A DNA stretch of 64,000 nt from Lama guanicoe (taxonomy: Eukaryota), in NCBI GenBank assembly GCA_013239625.1, contig MU053136.1:328017-392016 (forward strand), in the 5' to 3' direction. The notes beneath the pieces were generated by a model. It saw only the letters and a list, made by a program, of their open reading frames with translations, had not been told where the DNA came from and made no database searches. The first letter of the stretch is position 1, and the number at the start of each line of letters is the position of its first letter. Both the position numbers and the translations under genes were made by a program. Below are positions 34,689-46,139 of this stretch, piece after piece.

Positions 34689-36099
34689 AGGGACTGATCT
34701 TCTAGCTAACATCTTAATAGTCCTAATCTCATTCTTGGATGATAACCTTATCCTGGGGTTGCAGGAAGTAGTAATATTGCTATTTAGTCCATATCTTAAT
34801 TAGAGTATGTAGTTCCCAGACCTCTTACAACCTAAGATGACTTCAGCTGCTCCCCTTATCTCTGGCAAATAGTTGGGGAGTAAGAGGTGAGAAAAGGGGG
34901 CAAAAGAGAGCAGGGCTTCTCTTAGGGGTGGATGCCTCATGTTTCTGCCTTACTTGTTCTTCAGTTACTGCATCTGTCCCCCAGAGACCCAACTGGTTCA
35001 CTCCGCATTATGACACACAGGTCCTTTGCAACATGCTTTTTCCAGTTACACTTCTGATAGTGTAGTGAGTAAGAGAAGGCTCTGAAGATAAAACTGTCTG
35101 AGTTCAAAATCTGTGACTTTGGTGCCTCATGGTTCCTTATCTTATAAAATGAATATAACAATAATATATATTGTTTACAGGATAAAACTGAAATAATAGA
35201 TGTAAAATGCTACATATTCTAGATTATCTCTCTATAAACATACATACATGCATAATACAAATATTAGCTGTTATTTTCTCCTGGCCATCACTGCCTCGTG
35301 TCTCCAAATTAAAAACCTGGAACTTGCTGATTCCTTGAAGGAAAGAATTACCTCTACAACTTTACTGGAATCTCCATTCTTGCCTCTCTGATGAACTCCT
35401 ACTTACATTCTTGAAGGTTAGCTGAAATTACACCTCTAGCTTCTCTGTAGTTTACTCAATCTCTCTTATCTCTAAGAAGTAATTGCTCCTTGTTGGGTTT
35501 CCATAGCACACTGAACAGCACTTATTTTGTACTGTAATTATTTGATTTCTTTTCTTTTTCTTTTTTTTTTTTGCCTATTGCAGTTCTTGTCACACAGTAA
35601 ATATTTAATGGTCGAATTCTATCAATGTAAGACTACAAGGTTTCTTTGAGGGAGTTGGTCAATAAATGATGCAAATACATGTAATCAATAAATTGATTCT
35701 GCCTCGAACAGACAGAATGGGGGGGTGCAAATTTAAGATGCCTCTTAAAAAAAGAACTGTATGTTAGGCGGTGGTGGTGGTAAGAAGTGATTTTTAAACA
35801 GGATGGACTTAAACCTGATTTATTTAGTTAAATCCTTACATCAGGAAAAAATGGACACTTACCTACCACATGATCTTCATTCATTTATACCACAAATATT
35901 CACCGCACATACGCAGCTTTGTGTGCGGGAGTTACTGTCCTAAGGGAAAGGCTATTTTGAAAGTGCTCGGTAAACCTAAATTAGAGTTATTAGTATTATG
36001 TTTAAATCGAGGGTGACACTGACAGGCTTGATGGGTTTCAGGTGGACTGAGGGTCGCAGTGGATTCGGATTGGTGGCTTGAGACATAGGTGACGAGAAG

Positions 36100-36830
36100 G
36101 GAGCCAGAGAGCGAGTGAGTGTACGCGCGAGTGCGCGGGGCTGGGAAGGGCAGCGCGAGAGTGGGCCGGGTGGGTGAGTAAGCAGGGGGCGTCCGCGGGC
36201 GAGGAGGGAGGCACACAGGAAGCGGGGACGCGCCGGGCGCAGGACGCGGTGACGAATGCGCCGGACGTGGTGACGTAGCGCGCAGGCCGCAGCAGGGGGC
36301 GGACTCTGGGCCTTTCTTCCCCTTCTGAGTTTCCCCCTCCCCCCTTTTCTCCCTTTCCGGGTTTGGTTTCCCCCCTTTTCTTCCCCTCTCCCCCCTCCTT
36401 CCCAAACCCCTTTCCCCTCAAGAAGAGCCCGCCCCCAGAAGCGCGCCGCCGCCGCCGGCCGTCGGGGCCGAGCCGCAGCCGAGCGGCCCTGGGCCCGGGC
36501 GGCGGGCGGAGACGCGGGCGCCCTCCCCGCTACGGCCCGCGTGAGGTGAGGCCACCTCCCGGCCGAGGGGGCGGGCGGTGCTGGCGGCCCGTGGGGAGGG
36601 GGCGTGGCGGCCCGGGCGGGCGGAGGCCCCTGGCCTGGGTTCCCCGCGCTGGTGCTGCCGGGACTGGGGGCGGTTGGTCGGGGCCCGAGGCTCCCGTGAA
36701 GGACGGTCCCCAGGCCAGAGAGGCCCGAGTGTGCGCGGGGAGCGCGGGCGAGAAGCTGGGGGCGCGGGGCGGCGGGCGGGGGGCTGGAGCCACCTGTGGC
36801 CTGTGCGGTGGGACCTAAAAACTGTTGCGC
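36100..36830 (+). promoter_or_regulatory. CpG-island promoter, divergent from INHBC
   Basis: Very high CpG; ETS caggaag near 36216, CRE-like tgacgta at 36271, GC box gggggcgga near 36295, pyrimidine-rich start region 36312-36419. Confidence 0.85.
36320..36545 (+). other. R3HDM2: non-coding first exon, probably of R3HDM2 (5' end approximate); intron runs on through the window
   Basis: Strong donor GAG|gtgagg at 36546 inside the island; gene identity rests on conserved synteny only, no coding exon is in the window. Confidence 0.6.
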
Positions 36831-37854
36831 CCTTGTGGTGCTCTGGGGGTGACTAGCTCCATGTGTTTCTTGGATCTCCGTATTCCTTCAAGCTTTGCAA
36901 GATTGGGAGGGAAAGGTGTTGCAGTGTTTCAAATCGTGCTTGTGTCCGAGGTTATTACAGGGACAGAGATTTGAGTTGGAACGTTCAGGGAGATGTTTCT
37001 GGAGCTTAAAAGTTGAGCCTACGCTAAGCTCATCACTGACTGTTAAGGCTCTGAAAACTCTTCTCGAATTCATTTTCCTGTAGAGCCAAAAATTTCAACA
37101 TATGCGACCATTAGCCTAGTAACTCCTCAGAATATTTATTCACTCTGAGTGAGTTGTTTTTGGGTAATGACGAGAAATGACCGGATAACAGCCCCAGAGG
37201 TTCATTAAACCAAAGAGAAGTGTGAAGAAATTTAAACTCAGATCTTGGTTGAACGTCCTTGTATATATTTTTTTCAAATAGACTTACCTAAAATTGAGAA
37301 GCCGGAGTCCTGTCTGTTGTTGGTAGGCAACATGGAAACTGGGGAGGAGCGAGGTGACAGGTTCCACTTAAGGAATGTCACCAATCCCTAACATTTTATT
37401 GTATTTCTGGATAGTCAGACTGGCACTTGAATAAGTTGTTTGTGGATCCTCTTTCTTCCTAATGCTTTTTCCCCGGCCTTTGTTTTCTTTCTGCTATATT
37501 TTCTTTTTTTTCCCCTTGTGGAGTCTGGGGCATCAAGACTAGCATGGCTTAGATAGTCAATTCAGTTCATTTTTTTCACTATTTTTTCTCCAATTCAGTT
37601 CATTTTTGTTGCATTTTTCTTCCCTTGTTGCTGTTCTCCACAGGGTTGAGAGGACAGAGAACTTTTCTTGAAGGTCTGATAAACTGTCAGCAGAAGTTAA
37701 AATTCAGAGTTACAATTCTGTGTCCACTGTATGATCTGTATTAGAGATCTTCAATTTAAAACAAAAATTTTAAAGCTTTCATATATAAAAATAGGGTGAC
37801 TGATACTGTTTTAATTGAAAAGAGTCGGAAGAGGAGATCTTGGCTTCCTGTCTC

Positions 37855-38340
37855 TATCAGAGTAAAAACCAGAGACTTTACAATTGTCTTTAAAGCCCAA
37901 GATCTGTAGCACTCTTTCCCCCTCCCAATATACTCACTGATCTCCTGGCTGTTCCTTGAACACATCAGGCACACTTCTGCTTTGGCAGCTGTGCACTTCT
38001 TCCCTGGATTTTCCTGAATCACCTTTTCCCTATAAAACTGCGTAACCTTGTCCCCTCACCTCCTTCAGGTCTTTACTCAAATGTCACTCTTAACAGTGAC
38101 ATTTCCTTGGCTGTCTAAATTGCAAAGCCCCCTCCTCCACATATATTTACATAACTCCCTGTCCCACTTCTTTGCTTTTCTTCCCTCCTTATCCATTATC
38201 AGCCTATAACATACCATATATATTTAGTCTCTTGTGTTAGAAAGTACTTCAGTAGATAGTCTTGTTTTGTTGATGTGTCTTCAGCATTTAACAGAGCACT
38301 TGACATGCAGTAGGTGCTCAGCAAATTTATTGACTGAATA
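37855..38340 (+). mobile_element. L2 3' end
   Basis: ttccttgaacac..., ends cagtaggtgctcagcaaatttattgactgaat. Confidence 0.7.
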
Positions 38341-40009
38341 GAAAAAGAAATTTATTCTTGAACTCTCATTGTCATGAATTTCTGATCATGATTGGAGATG
38401 CGGAGTGGATTTTCAGTAGGATTGTGTAAGGTACTTTTTGGAAGAACTTGAGCTTTTTTTTCTGTCAGTTCTTGCCACATTTCTCTTTTGATAGAAGTAT
38501 TGTGTGTTCAGGTCATTGAATGAAGCACTTTGAGGGCAGAGAGAATTGAGTGTGGAGATCTTTGGTGCTGATGGTCTTGGAGGAAGATTATCTCCGATGT
38601 CCTGTGGTCTGAATTTTTACTGCTCCAGGCTCTCCCCTTGAGGTTTGTTTGCATTCCTGTTGAGATAAATATCACCATTCTTACCTCTGACCCCAGAGAG
38701 CTGAGCATGCTGGTTCCACTTTGAATTTTTCAGTAGACTGAATAAATTAGTATTTATAGTCTGGGCTGTTTGGGTTAGATTTTTTCCCCCATTCATGTGG
38801 AGATGGTTGAGCTTGAAAACTTTAAGGCTAGCTTTCTCTAACAATGGTGGAATGTTTGGTGTCTGATCCTTGTTTCCGCCAATCCATTTTTGGGGTCATT
38901 TTTAGCAACTAAATTATACTAAATCTGAAGGTAAAAGGAGCTGGCCCCCTGAGTCCTGTGGATTATCCCTTGTTTGTTTTTTCCTTTCTTGATTGGTGCA
39001 TCTGTTACCTTCATTGACCTTCTGGCTAGAGTGGCCTGGATGAGATTTCTCTTTGGGGCTGTCCTGGCCACTGTTTTCCAGCTTAGGAAGGCAAAAGAAG
39101 TGAGGTAGTGGTTTTAACACTTTGTGGGAATGCTGGTGCAAAGTTAGATTTTTGCTTAAACTTTTGCTAGGACATTGAAAACAGCTAGGCCTGTGAGAGA
39201 ATGGTTTGGGTCAGGGGGTGGGAGAGTTGGGGAGAATTGGGGATCTTGTATCTATTGACTGGGTCTGGTTCTGTTATTATTAGTGTAAATAAGTAACAGT
39301 GTCAAAAGTATGTTAGTTGTCATTTTGTGAAAAATTTCTGCCATTATTTTGGCAGATAGGTAAAAGCTCTACTGCACTTCTCTTGTCACTTTTAAAATCC
39401 TTTCACAAAGTTTCTAGGAAGTCTTTCTCAGGCCCCAGAGATATTCAGACACCTCTGTGCCCTGTTCTCACTCCTTAGAGATAAATACTGAGTACTGATG
39501 TTTCAGTGTAGGTAATGGTTTCTGAATGATGAACTTACTCCCGTTCCAGATCTTGTCAGGAACTCAATGAAAGCTTTCAGGAAAACGCAAATTTTGAGGA
39601 ACGCATTTTGGTTGCATGGTCCCAGGAAGTACAGAGGAGAGAGTTTTGTGAAACTGTGTGTTTGTGTGCTTTCTTAATGAGGTTTTCCTGTATACTTGAA
39701 AGATGGGGTAAAGGACTAAGCGTCCGCCTGTGGAATGTGCTGCCCACTTATAAGTAAGAAAAATAACCGGACTCATGGCTTGAATATGTGTGCATGAATA
39801 CAGTTGGTGGGTCTAATTTTAGAGGCCTTTTTCATGCCCGGTGGCCTTAGTATTTTCCTCTAGCTATGTCCTTCTCACACTCTGTCAAGAAAACATTCCA
39901 CTTAATATAGTCTTCTGGTGGTTACCTTTTGTTCTTACAATGGTTGCCCCTTTAGCAGTGTAGCACTTGTTTCATCTCTCCAATAAAGTTACTCTGTCCA
40001 TTCCTTCTT

Positions 40010-40147
40010 TTTTTTTTTTAAATTTTTAATTATTTTTTGTAGGGGGAGGTAAACTTCTTTATTTTTAGGGGAAGTACTGGGAAATGAACCCAGGACCTTG
40101 TGTATGGTAAGCATGCGCTCTACCACTTGAGCTATATCCTCCCCGCC
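40010..40147 (-). mobile_element. tRNA-derived SINE, vic-1-like
   Basis: Minus strand ggggaggatatagctcaagtggtagagcgcatgc...ggtcctgggttca; 14-bp TSD gtccattccttctt at 39996 and 40148. Confidence 0.85.
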
Positions 40148-41106
40148 GTCCATTCCTTCTTAAGTATGAGTTTACTTCTAAAAACAGGTATAGATAGGAA
40201 AGATTTCTTAACCTTGATCTCTTTTGACTCCTCTTTGAGTTCCCTTAGATTTCCTTAGCATGTATCTGTTTTCTCCAACACTTAAAAAAATTAATGTTGA
40301 AAGCCCTTAGTTACAATAACATGCAGTGATTTCACCGTTTTTACTTGGGGTGTGTGAAAGGAAAGATTCTGAGATGCTTCCTAAATCCAGGAGTTCTTTG
40401 TGCTTTTTGCAAGATCTCTTGAGTTGTTCAGTCCAGTTGTTTGAACCTATACTGGAAAAGCTGTTTAAGCTTTCAGGTTTTGACAGTAAGTTTCCCAGAG
40501 TGCTTTTCTGTGCTTTTAAAAGAACTGATCAAATTGGGAACCCCAGCCTAGAGATGAGAGAGGATAAGGAGAAAAGGTACAAAAGCCTCAAGCAGTCTTG
40601 TCTCCTAATAGTCAAAACACTTCTGGTATTTTTAAAGGACTCATCTTATTCTATTCCTCCTTAGTTTGCTAACTACAAGAAAATAAAAAAAAAAATCTTT
40701 TCAGTCCCTTTAATTGCTTGCTTGTTTGTCACACTGTGATGTTTCTAAATTGTCAAAGACTTTGATTTTTTTTTCCTGGGAGACAATTTCAGGCTTCTCT
40801 GGGTATTTTCTTGGGGTAAAAAAATGAAGCTAGTTGTTAAATGCCCTTGTATGGTCTCTACCCTGATGTAGACCAATAGTCTGATCCTTCCATTTCTCTA
40901 AAGGCATTAATAGTATGTTTTACAGCTTGTTTTTGTTTTGTTTTTCATTGGAGACCTCAAAATCTTTTGCAGGCAAGTAAAAACTAGTTTTGCACCCGTG
41001 CAGTTACTCTGAGGTCCCAAAAGATCTCAGCTTAAGTCCTTATCCTATAGAGCTGAAAGTGTAGAGATAAGTGAGGTAATCATCAGGGTTTAAAATAACT
41101 CAGTTT

Positions 41107-41372
41107 CTTTCTTACTTATTTATTTATTCATTTATTTATTTTTATTGAGGTATAGTCAGTTTACAATGTTGTGTCAATTTCTGGTGTACAGCACAATGCT
41201 TCAGTCATACACAAATATACGTATATTCATTTTCATATTCTTTCTCACCGTAAGCTGCTACAAGATACTGAATATAGTTCCCTGTGCTATACAGTATAAA
41301 CTGTTTATCTATTTTATATATACCAGTCAGTATCTGCAAATCTCTAACTCCCAGTTTATCCCTTCCTACCCC
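41107..41372 (-). mobile_element. lineage-specific L1 3' end, 5'-truncated
   Basis: ttttattgaggtatagtcagtttacaatgttg... very similar to 33720-33880 and 52470-52740; TSD actcagttt at 41098 and 41373. Confidence 0.8.
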
Positions 41373-42714
41373 ACTCAGTTTATTTCTGATTGATGTTTGT
41401 TGATTGTGAGCCTGTAGTGGGCAAAGAAAAGAAAAAGCTGGTCTGCAGACTAGTCAAATTCTATTTTGATTTTTTGGAGGTAATTTTGCTCCCACTATTA
41501 GTCTTCTGTACAATTCTAATCTAGTGTACAGAATAGACTTAACTTCATTAACTAGTTTACTCTGCCACTTGGTTCATTATCTTCCTTGTATGGATGCTTT
41601 CGGTATATTTCAAGGTTGCTAACATTTGTGCTGGAGTATGTATTATTAGTAAGCATCAAAGCCATATTTCGTATCTGCAGAGCACTTTCTCTTTCCTAAA
41701 AGCTTATCAGACCTTAAAGTAGTATCAGCATTCATATTAAAAGACTAGATTTTCCAAGTACGCAGTTCATATTTTTGTGGGGGCAGTGTTTTTGTTGCAT
41801 TTGTTAGTTGTAAGAGTTTCTGCATCGTTTTGGCATGTGAGCAGCATTATGGGCATTCTTCGTGACTTGGAGAAGGGTGGTTCAGACTTGGGTAAGCTTC
41901 ATAACAGAGCTAGGAGGAAAGTAGTCAAGGCAGTGACAATCCAAACGTAAGGGATGCATTTGAAATACATTCGCTCCCCATACTCACAAATTATACTTTC
42001 TCCTTATCCTTCCTTTGTGATTCTGTAGGAAAAGGCAAAAATGTCTAGGACAGTAATCAGCTGATAACTTCCAGGAAGCAGTGTTCTATGGATGGGTAGT
42101 AGGTGAATGTACACCTCTACAAGAAGTCACTTAGTGTTTCTAGAGCTGTTGGTGGAGCAGCTCCCAGCAGTCATCAAAATCAGTGGAAAGAACATGGTGG
42201 ACCTTATTAAATCTAATGGACTTCTTTTCATTCTTATCTTATTCTAGTTTTTTGGAGCTTTTGTCATTGTTGACCCTTCTCTTTCTTGAAGTGTTTCAGT
42301 GACACCACTTTCTTTTCCATTTGCATTCCTGGCTCTTTTTCTCCTGCTCATCTCTTAAGTGTGTGTTTTTTGTACGGTCGCTGTTGTATTCTCCCTCTCT
42401 GATTCTTGAACGTTAATGGCACAAGCATCTCTTGGAGAATTTGTTAAAAATGAATGCTTTCAAAAGCTTTCATGATCTTTCCCCTGCCAGTTGCTCTGAC
42501 TTTCCTTGTACTACACTTTCCTTTTTTACTATTCCTTCATTACATTCCTCTTGTTTTATTACCTCCATAGCACTTCCCACTATCTTCAGTTACCCTGTTT
42601 ATTTTCTTGTCTACAGTCTGGCTATACCTAGCACCCAAAACTTATGAGTACAAGGAACTGGTTGTATTCCTAGTGCCTAGAATAGTCCCTCAGTGCACAT
42701 TTATGGCATGAATG

Positions 42715-42852
42715 AAATGTGGGCTCTTAGGCCTTATCCCTAGAGATTTTGATTTAGTAGGCGTAGGATGGAGCCTAGGAATCTGTATTTTAACAAACAT
42801 TCCAGGTGTTTCTGATGCCTCTGGTAGTTTGTCTGGGATGACGTTTAGAAGA
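42715..42852. mobile_element. MER5-like hAT-Charlie MITE within L2 remnants (about 42190-43600)
   Basis: gatttagtagg...ggaatctgtattttaacaa...ccaggtgtttctgatgc typical of MER5A. Confidence 0.65.
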
Positions 42853-45062
42853 ACATCACATAGTCTGTCAGTCTCATCCACCCTGATGGTTTCACTCGGC
42901 GTCTGTTATTATAAGCTGACAATTTGTGAGTCTCTGTGTCCAGTTCTGATCTCTCGCCTGAGCTCTAGCCCATTTATTTGATGGTCTCTTGAACATCTCC
43001 GTTTAACTGTTACACAGCACCTCAGACTCAACATCACAAGAGCAAAAATAATTTTTCCATGAAAATCTGTTCTTTCTCAGTTCTTTTTTCTTTGAATCAT
43101 ACCACCTAGATGCAAAGCCAGAAACCAGGATGTCATACTTGAGTCCTTACTCTTTAACATCCAATAATGATAAAGTTATGTAGCTGCTTATCTCCTCAGT
43201 TTCCCTTGAATCTTTTCATTTCTCTCCATCAGCACTGCCATTTCCTTAGTTCATGAGATCACCATCTCTTATCTGGATAACTCTGATGGCCTTTAACTGG
43301 TTCCTTCCTCTAGTCTTGCTCCTAATATTTCGTTGAGTTTTGTATGAAAATCTGTTATTTTCTTTTGCTTAAAACTTTTAAATGTCTTGTTCCTAGTACA
43401 AAGGCAAAAGATTTTTTAAAAAATGTGGCTACTTTATCTCACTTGCCTTATACTTTGCTGTTTTCCCTTTGCTCTCAGGGTTAGGCTTCAGCTACAGATG
43501 AATTACTTATTCTTTTACTTTCCCCTTTCTCACACCTTGCCTTGGGGTACACCATTGTTTCAGTTGGGCACCTCTCCACCTCAAAACAATGACAGAAACC
43601 CTCTTTGATTTAGGTGTAATGTTCTGGAACCCTTCCAAGGAATCCCAGACCTCTCATTTTGTCTACCTCTTTTCCACAAAGTTGAATTCCTCTTTGTCTT
43701 CACCATATTTCCCTCTGTATATTCCATTCCGAGTTTCCTGCTCTCACTGAAGTTAAATTTGCTAGGATCGTGATCTCTCCGGTGCCAAGAGAGCTCTCTA
43801 GAGCATGTGATTTTTGTCTACTAGCTACAGGGAAAAGAGAAAGAAAAAATTAGATGATTTGAGGCATATATTCTAGAGGTGTGTGTTCTAGATCGTGATT
43901 TTGGCAGTTGTTTTGCCCCTCGTAGCTAAACTATACCCAAGAGAGATCATTATTAGAGTCTTGATTTGGGCCAGAGCTGTAAGGCCAACAACTGAAATCC
44001 TGAACGAAGTTTTTGCCCTTGGTTCCTGTACCACCAAAGTTTTACCTTTTCCATTATCATGGTATCTTCAGCCTTGTATTAGTTACCCCCCTTTCCAGTT
44101 CTTATTTTCCTTCCAGAGTTACTTGGTTTAAAATTTATTCTTTGTGTTTTACTCTCCGTCCTAGCAGTATTTTTGACTGTAAAGAAACAAGAGGGTTTGC
44201 GCTTGGAGTGTTTTCCCTATATGATAGTGCAGAAATATTTTTTCTTTCTTTTTAACTGAGTGAGTATGAGGGCTGAAAAATTAAGTGTAATTGACCAGTA
44301 AGACAGGAGGACTGAAAAAGAAATCCAACCTGTTTGGTTTCTGTATGCTTTGTGAGGGAGTAAAATCAGAGCCAGTGCTTATTAACTCTTGAATTTTTAA
44401 GACCCTTTTTGAAGTTCTCTGAGGCTTTGCTGAGTTTACCCTCATTAACTCTTGCTGAATCAGTGTCTTTGTATGTAAAATGGAGTTGATGGTTTGTTTT
44501 CTTCTGGAGTACAGGATGACTTTTGGAAGTATTTCAAGGTTAAGTACAGTAATACTTGATACATGTACTGATTTAAAATGTAAACACTTGAGATTGAAGC
44601 TGCACTTAATGGATTCTTAGGCTGGCTTCAATAGTTTACTTTACCTATAGTTAGTAGATAATACAAAAAGGAACAAAGAGGTATCTACAGATATTAATGA
44701 GCACACTTTCCATGTACCTGGGATGTATTTACATCTGTTTGGTGGCTACAGTCAGCAAGCATAATCTACTTCACTGAAGGACGGTCTATATTAAACATGA
44801 TCAGATTACTAGTCTTAATAGTGTTCTCTAGTGTTGGGTAACAGAATAGCATTGAAGTTAATATTGGCAGAGAGAAAATATTGCTTTATTTCTTCGTGTT
44901 CTAATTCTTCCTTTTTCTCTTTGGCATTAACATTGCTTTTATTAGTTTTTTAAAGGTTGGGAAATGGCAATTGTCTTTTCAGTTTAGCGGACTGGCTGGA
45001 TCATAGAATCTGTTCAGATCAGTAATGTATTTTAGGCCATGAGTTTCTTCTGTTTCTTCTGT

Positions 45063-45805
45063 TCTGTCCTTTATTGTTGACTTGTGTTTTGCTCAATTCC
45101 CACAGTAGGGGACACAAATTTAGCCATATATATATGTACACATAACGTACACACACACACACACACGTACACACAACACGCGCGTGCGCGTGCACACAGA
45201 CACACACACACACACACACACACAGTCTGCCACTTGAGGCCCTCTGGAAAGATTATAGATTTTCAATTAAGAATTACAGGCATTCACTTGCCACTGTTTC
45301 GTCTTACCAACCCAGCTGTTTTCACTTAACATAGATCCAGTCCTGTTAGTTAACTGCTTTGGTGCACTGTGAGCCTATTATGTAGTATTTGCTTAGAAAT
45401 CAGAGAAACTCAGTTTATTTTTAGTCTTTGTTAATCTGTCCTTTATTGTTGACTTGTGTTTTGCTCAATTCCCACAGTAGGGGACACAAATTTAGCCATA
45501 TATATATGTACACATAACGTACACACACACACACACACGTACACACAACACGCGCGTGCGCGTGCACACAGACACACACACACACACACACACACAGTCT
45601 GCCACTTGAGGCCCTCTGGAAAGATTATAGATTTTCAATTAAGAATTACAGGCATTCACTTGCCACTGTTTCGTCTTACCAACCCAGCTGTTTTCACTTA
45701 ACATAGATCCAGTCCTGTTAGTTAACTGCTTTGGTGCACTGTGAGCCTATTATGTAGTATTTGCTTAGAAATCAGAGAAACTCAGTTTATTTTTAGTCTT
45801 TGTTA
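45063..45805. repeat. perfect 371-bp tandem duplication (period 372) containing a compound TA/CA/CG microsatellite
   Basis: 45063-45433 and 45435-45805 read identically; the ORF track gives identical 81-aa translations 372 nt apart. Confidence 0.97.
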
Positions 45806-45860
45806 GAATAAACATCACCTATATGTTTTCTTTCCAGGACAGTTCTTTGTTAGAAGATCT

Positions 45861-46020
45861 TGGGGGAGGGTATAGCTCAAGTGGTAGAGCATGTGTTTAG
45901 CACGCATGAGGGCATGGGTTCAATCCCCATTACCTTTCCTACAAACAAACAAAGGAACAAACATAAACAAACCTAATTACATCCCCCTCAAGAAAACAAA
46001 ACAAAAACAAAACCCCAGCA
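45861..46020 (+). mobile_element. tRNA-derived SINE, vic-1-like
   Basis: gggggagggtatagctcaagtggtagagc...gggttcaatcccc, (CAAA)n tail; 13-bp TSD tgttagaagatct at 45848 and 46021. Confidence 0.85.
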
Positions 46021-46139
46021 TGTTAGAAGATCTCTTAGTTTCTGGTTTTTCTGTATTTTTATAGTAGAAAGAGTGATCTTCAAGTCAGATTTGCAGAACT
46101 GCTTCCAAAGTAATACTTAAAGAAAATTTATGAAAAGAG

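Noticed and set aside
45019..45701. His/Thr- and Cys/Val-rich ORFs
   Set aside because: Translations of CA/TG microsatellites
45862..45935. tRNA-like sequence with A and B boxes
   Set aside because: Head of a SINE with A-rich tail and TSD; degenerate cloverleaf, not a tRNA gene
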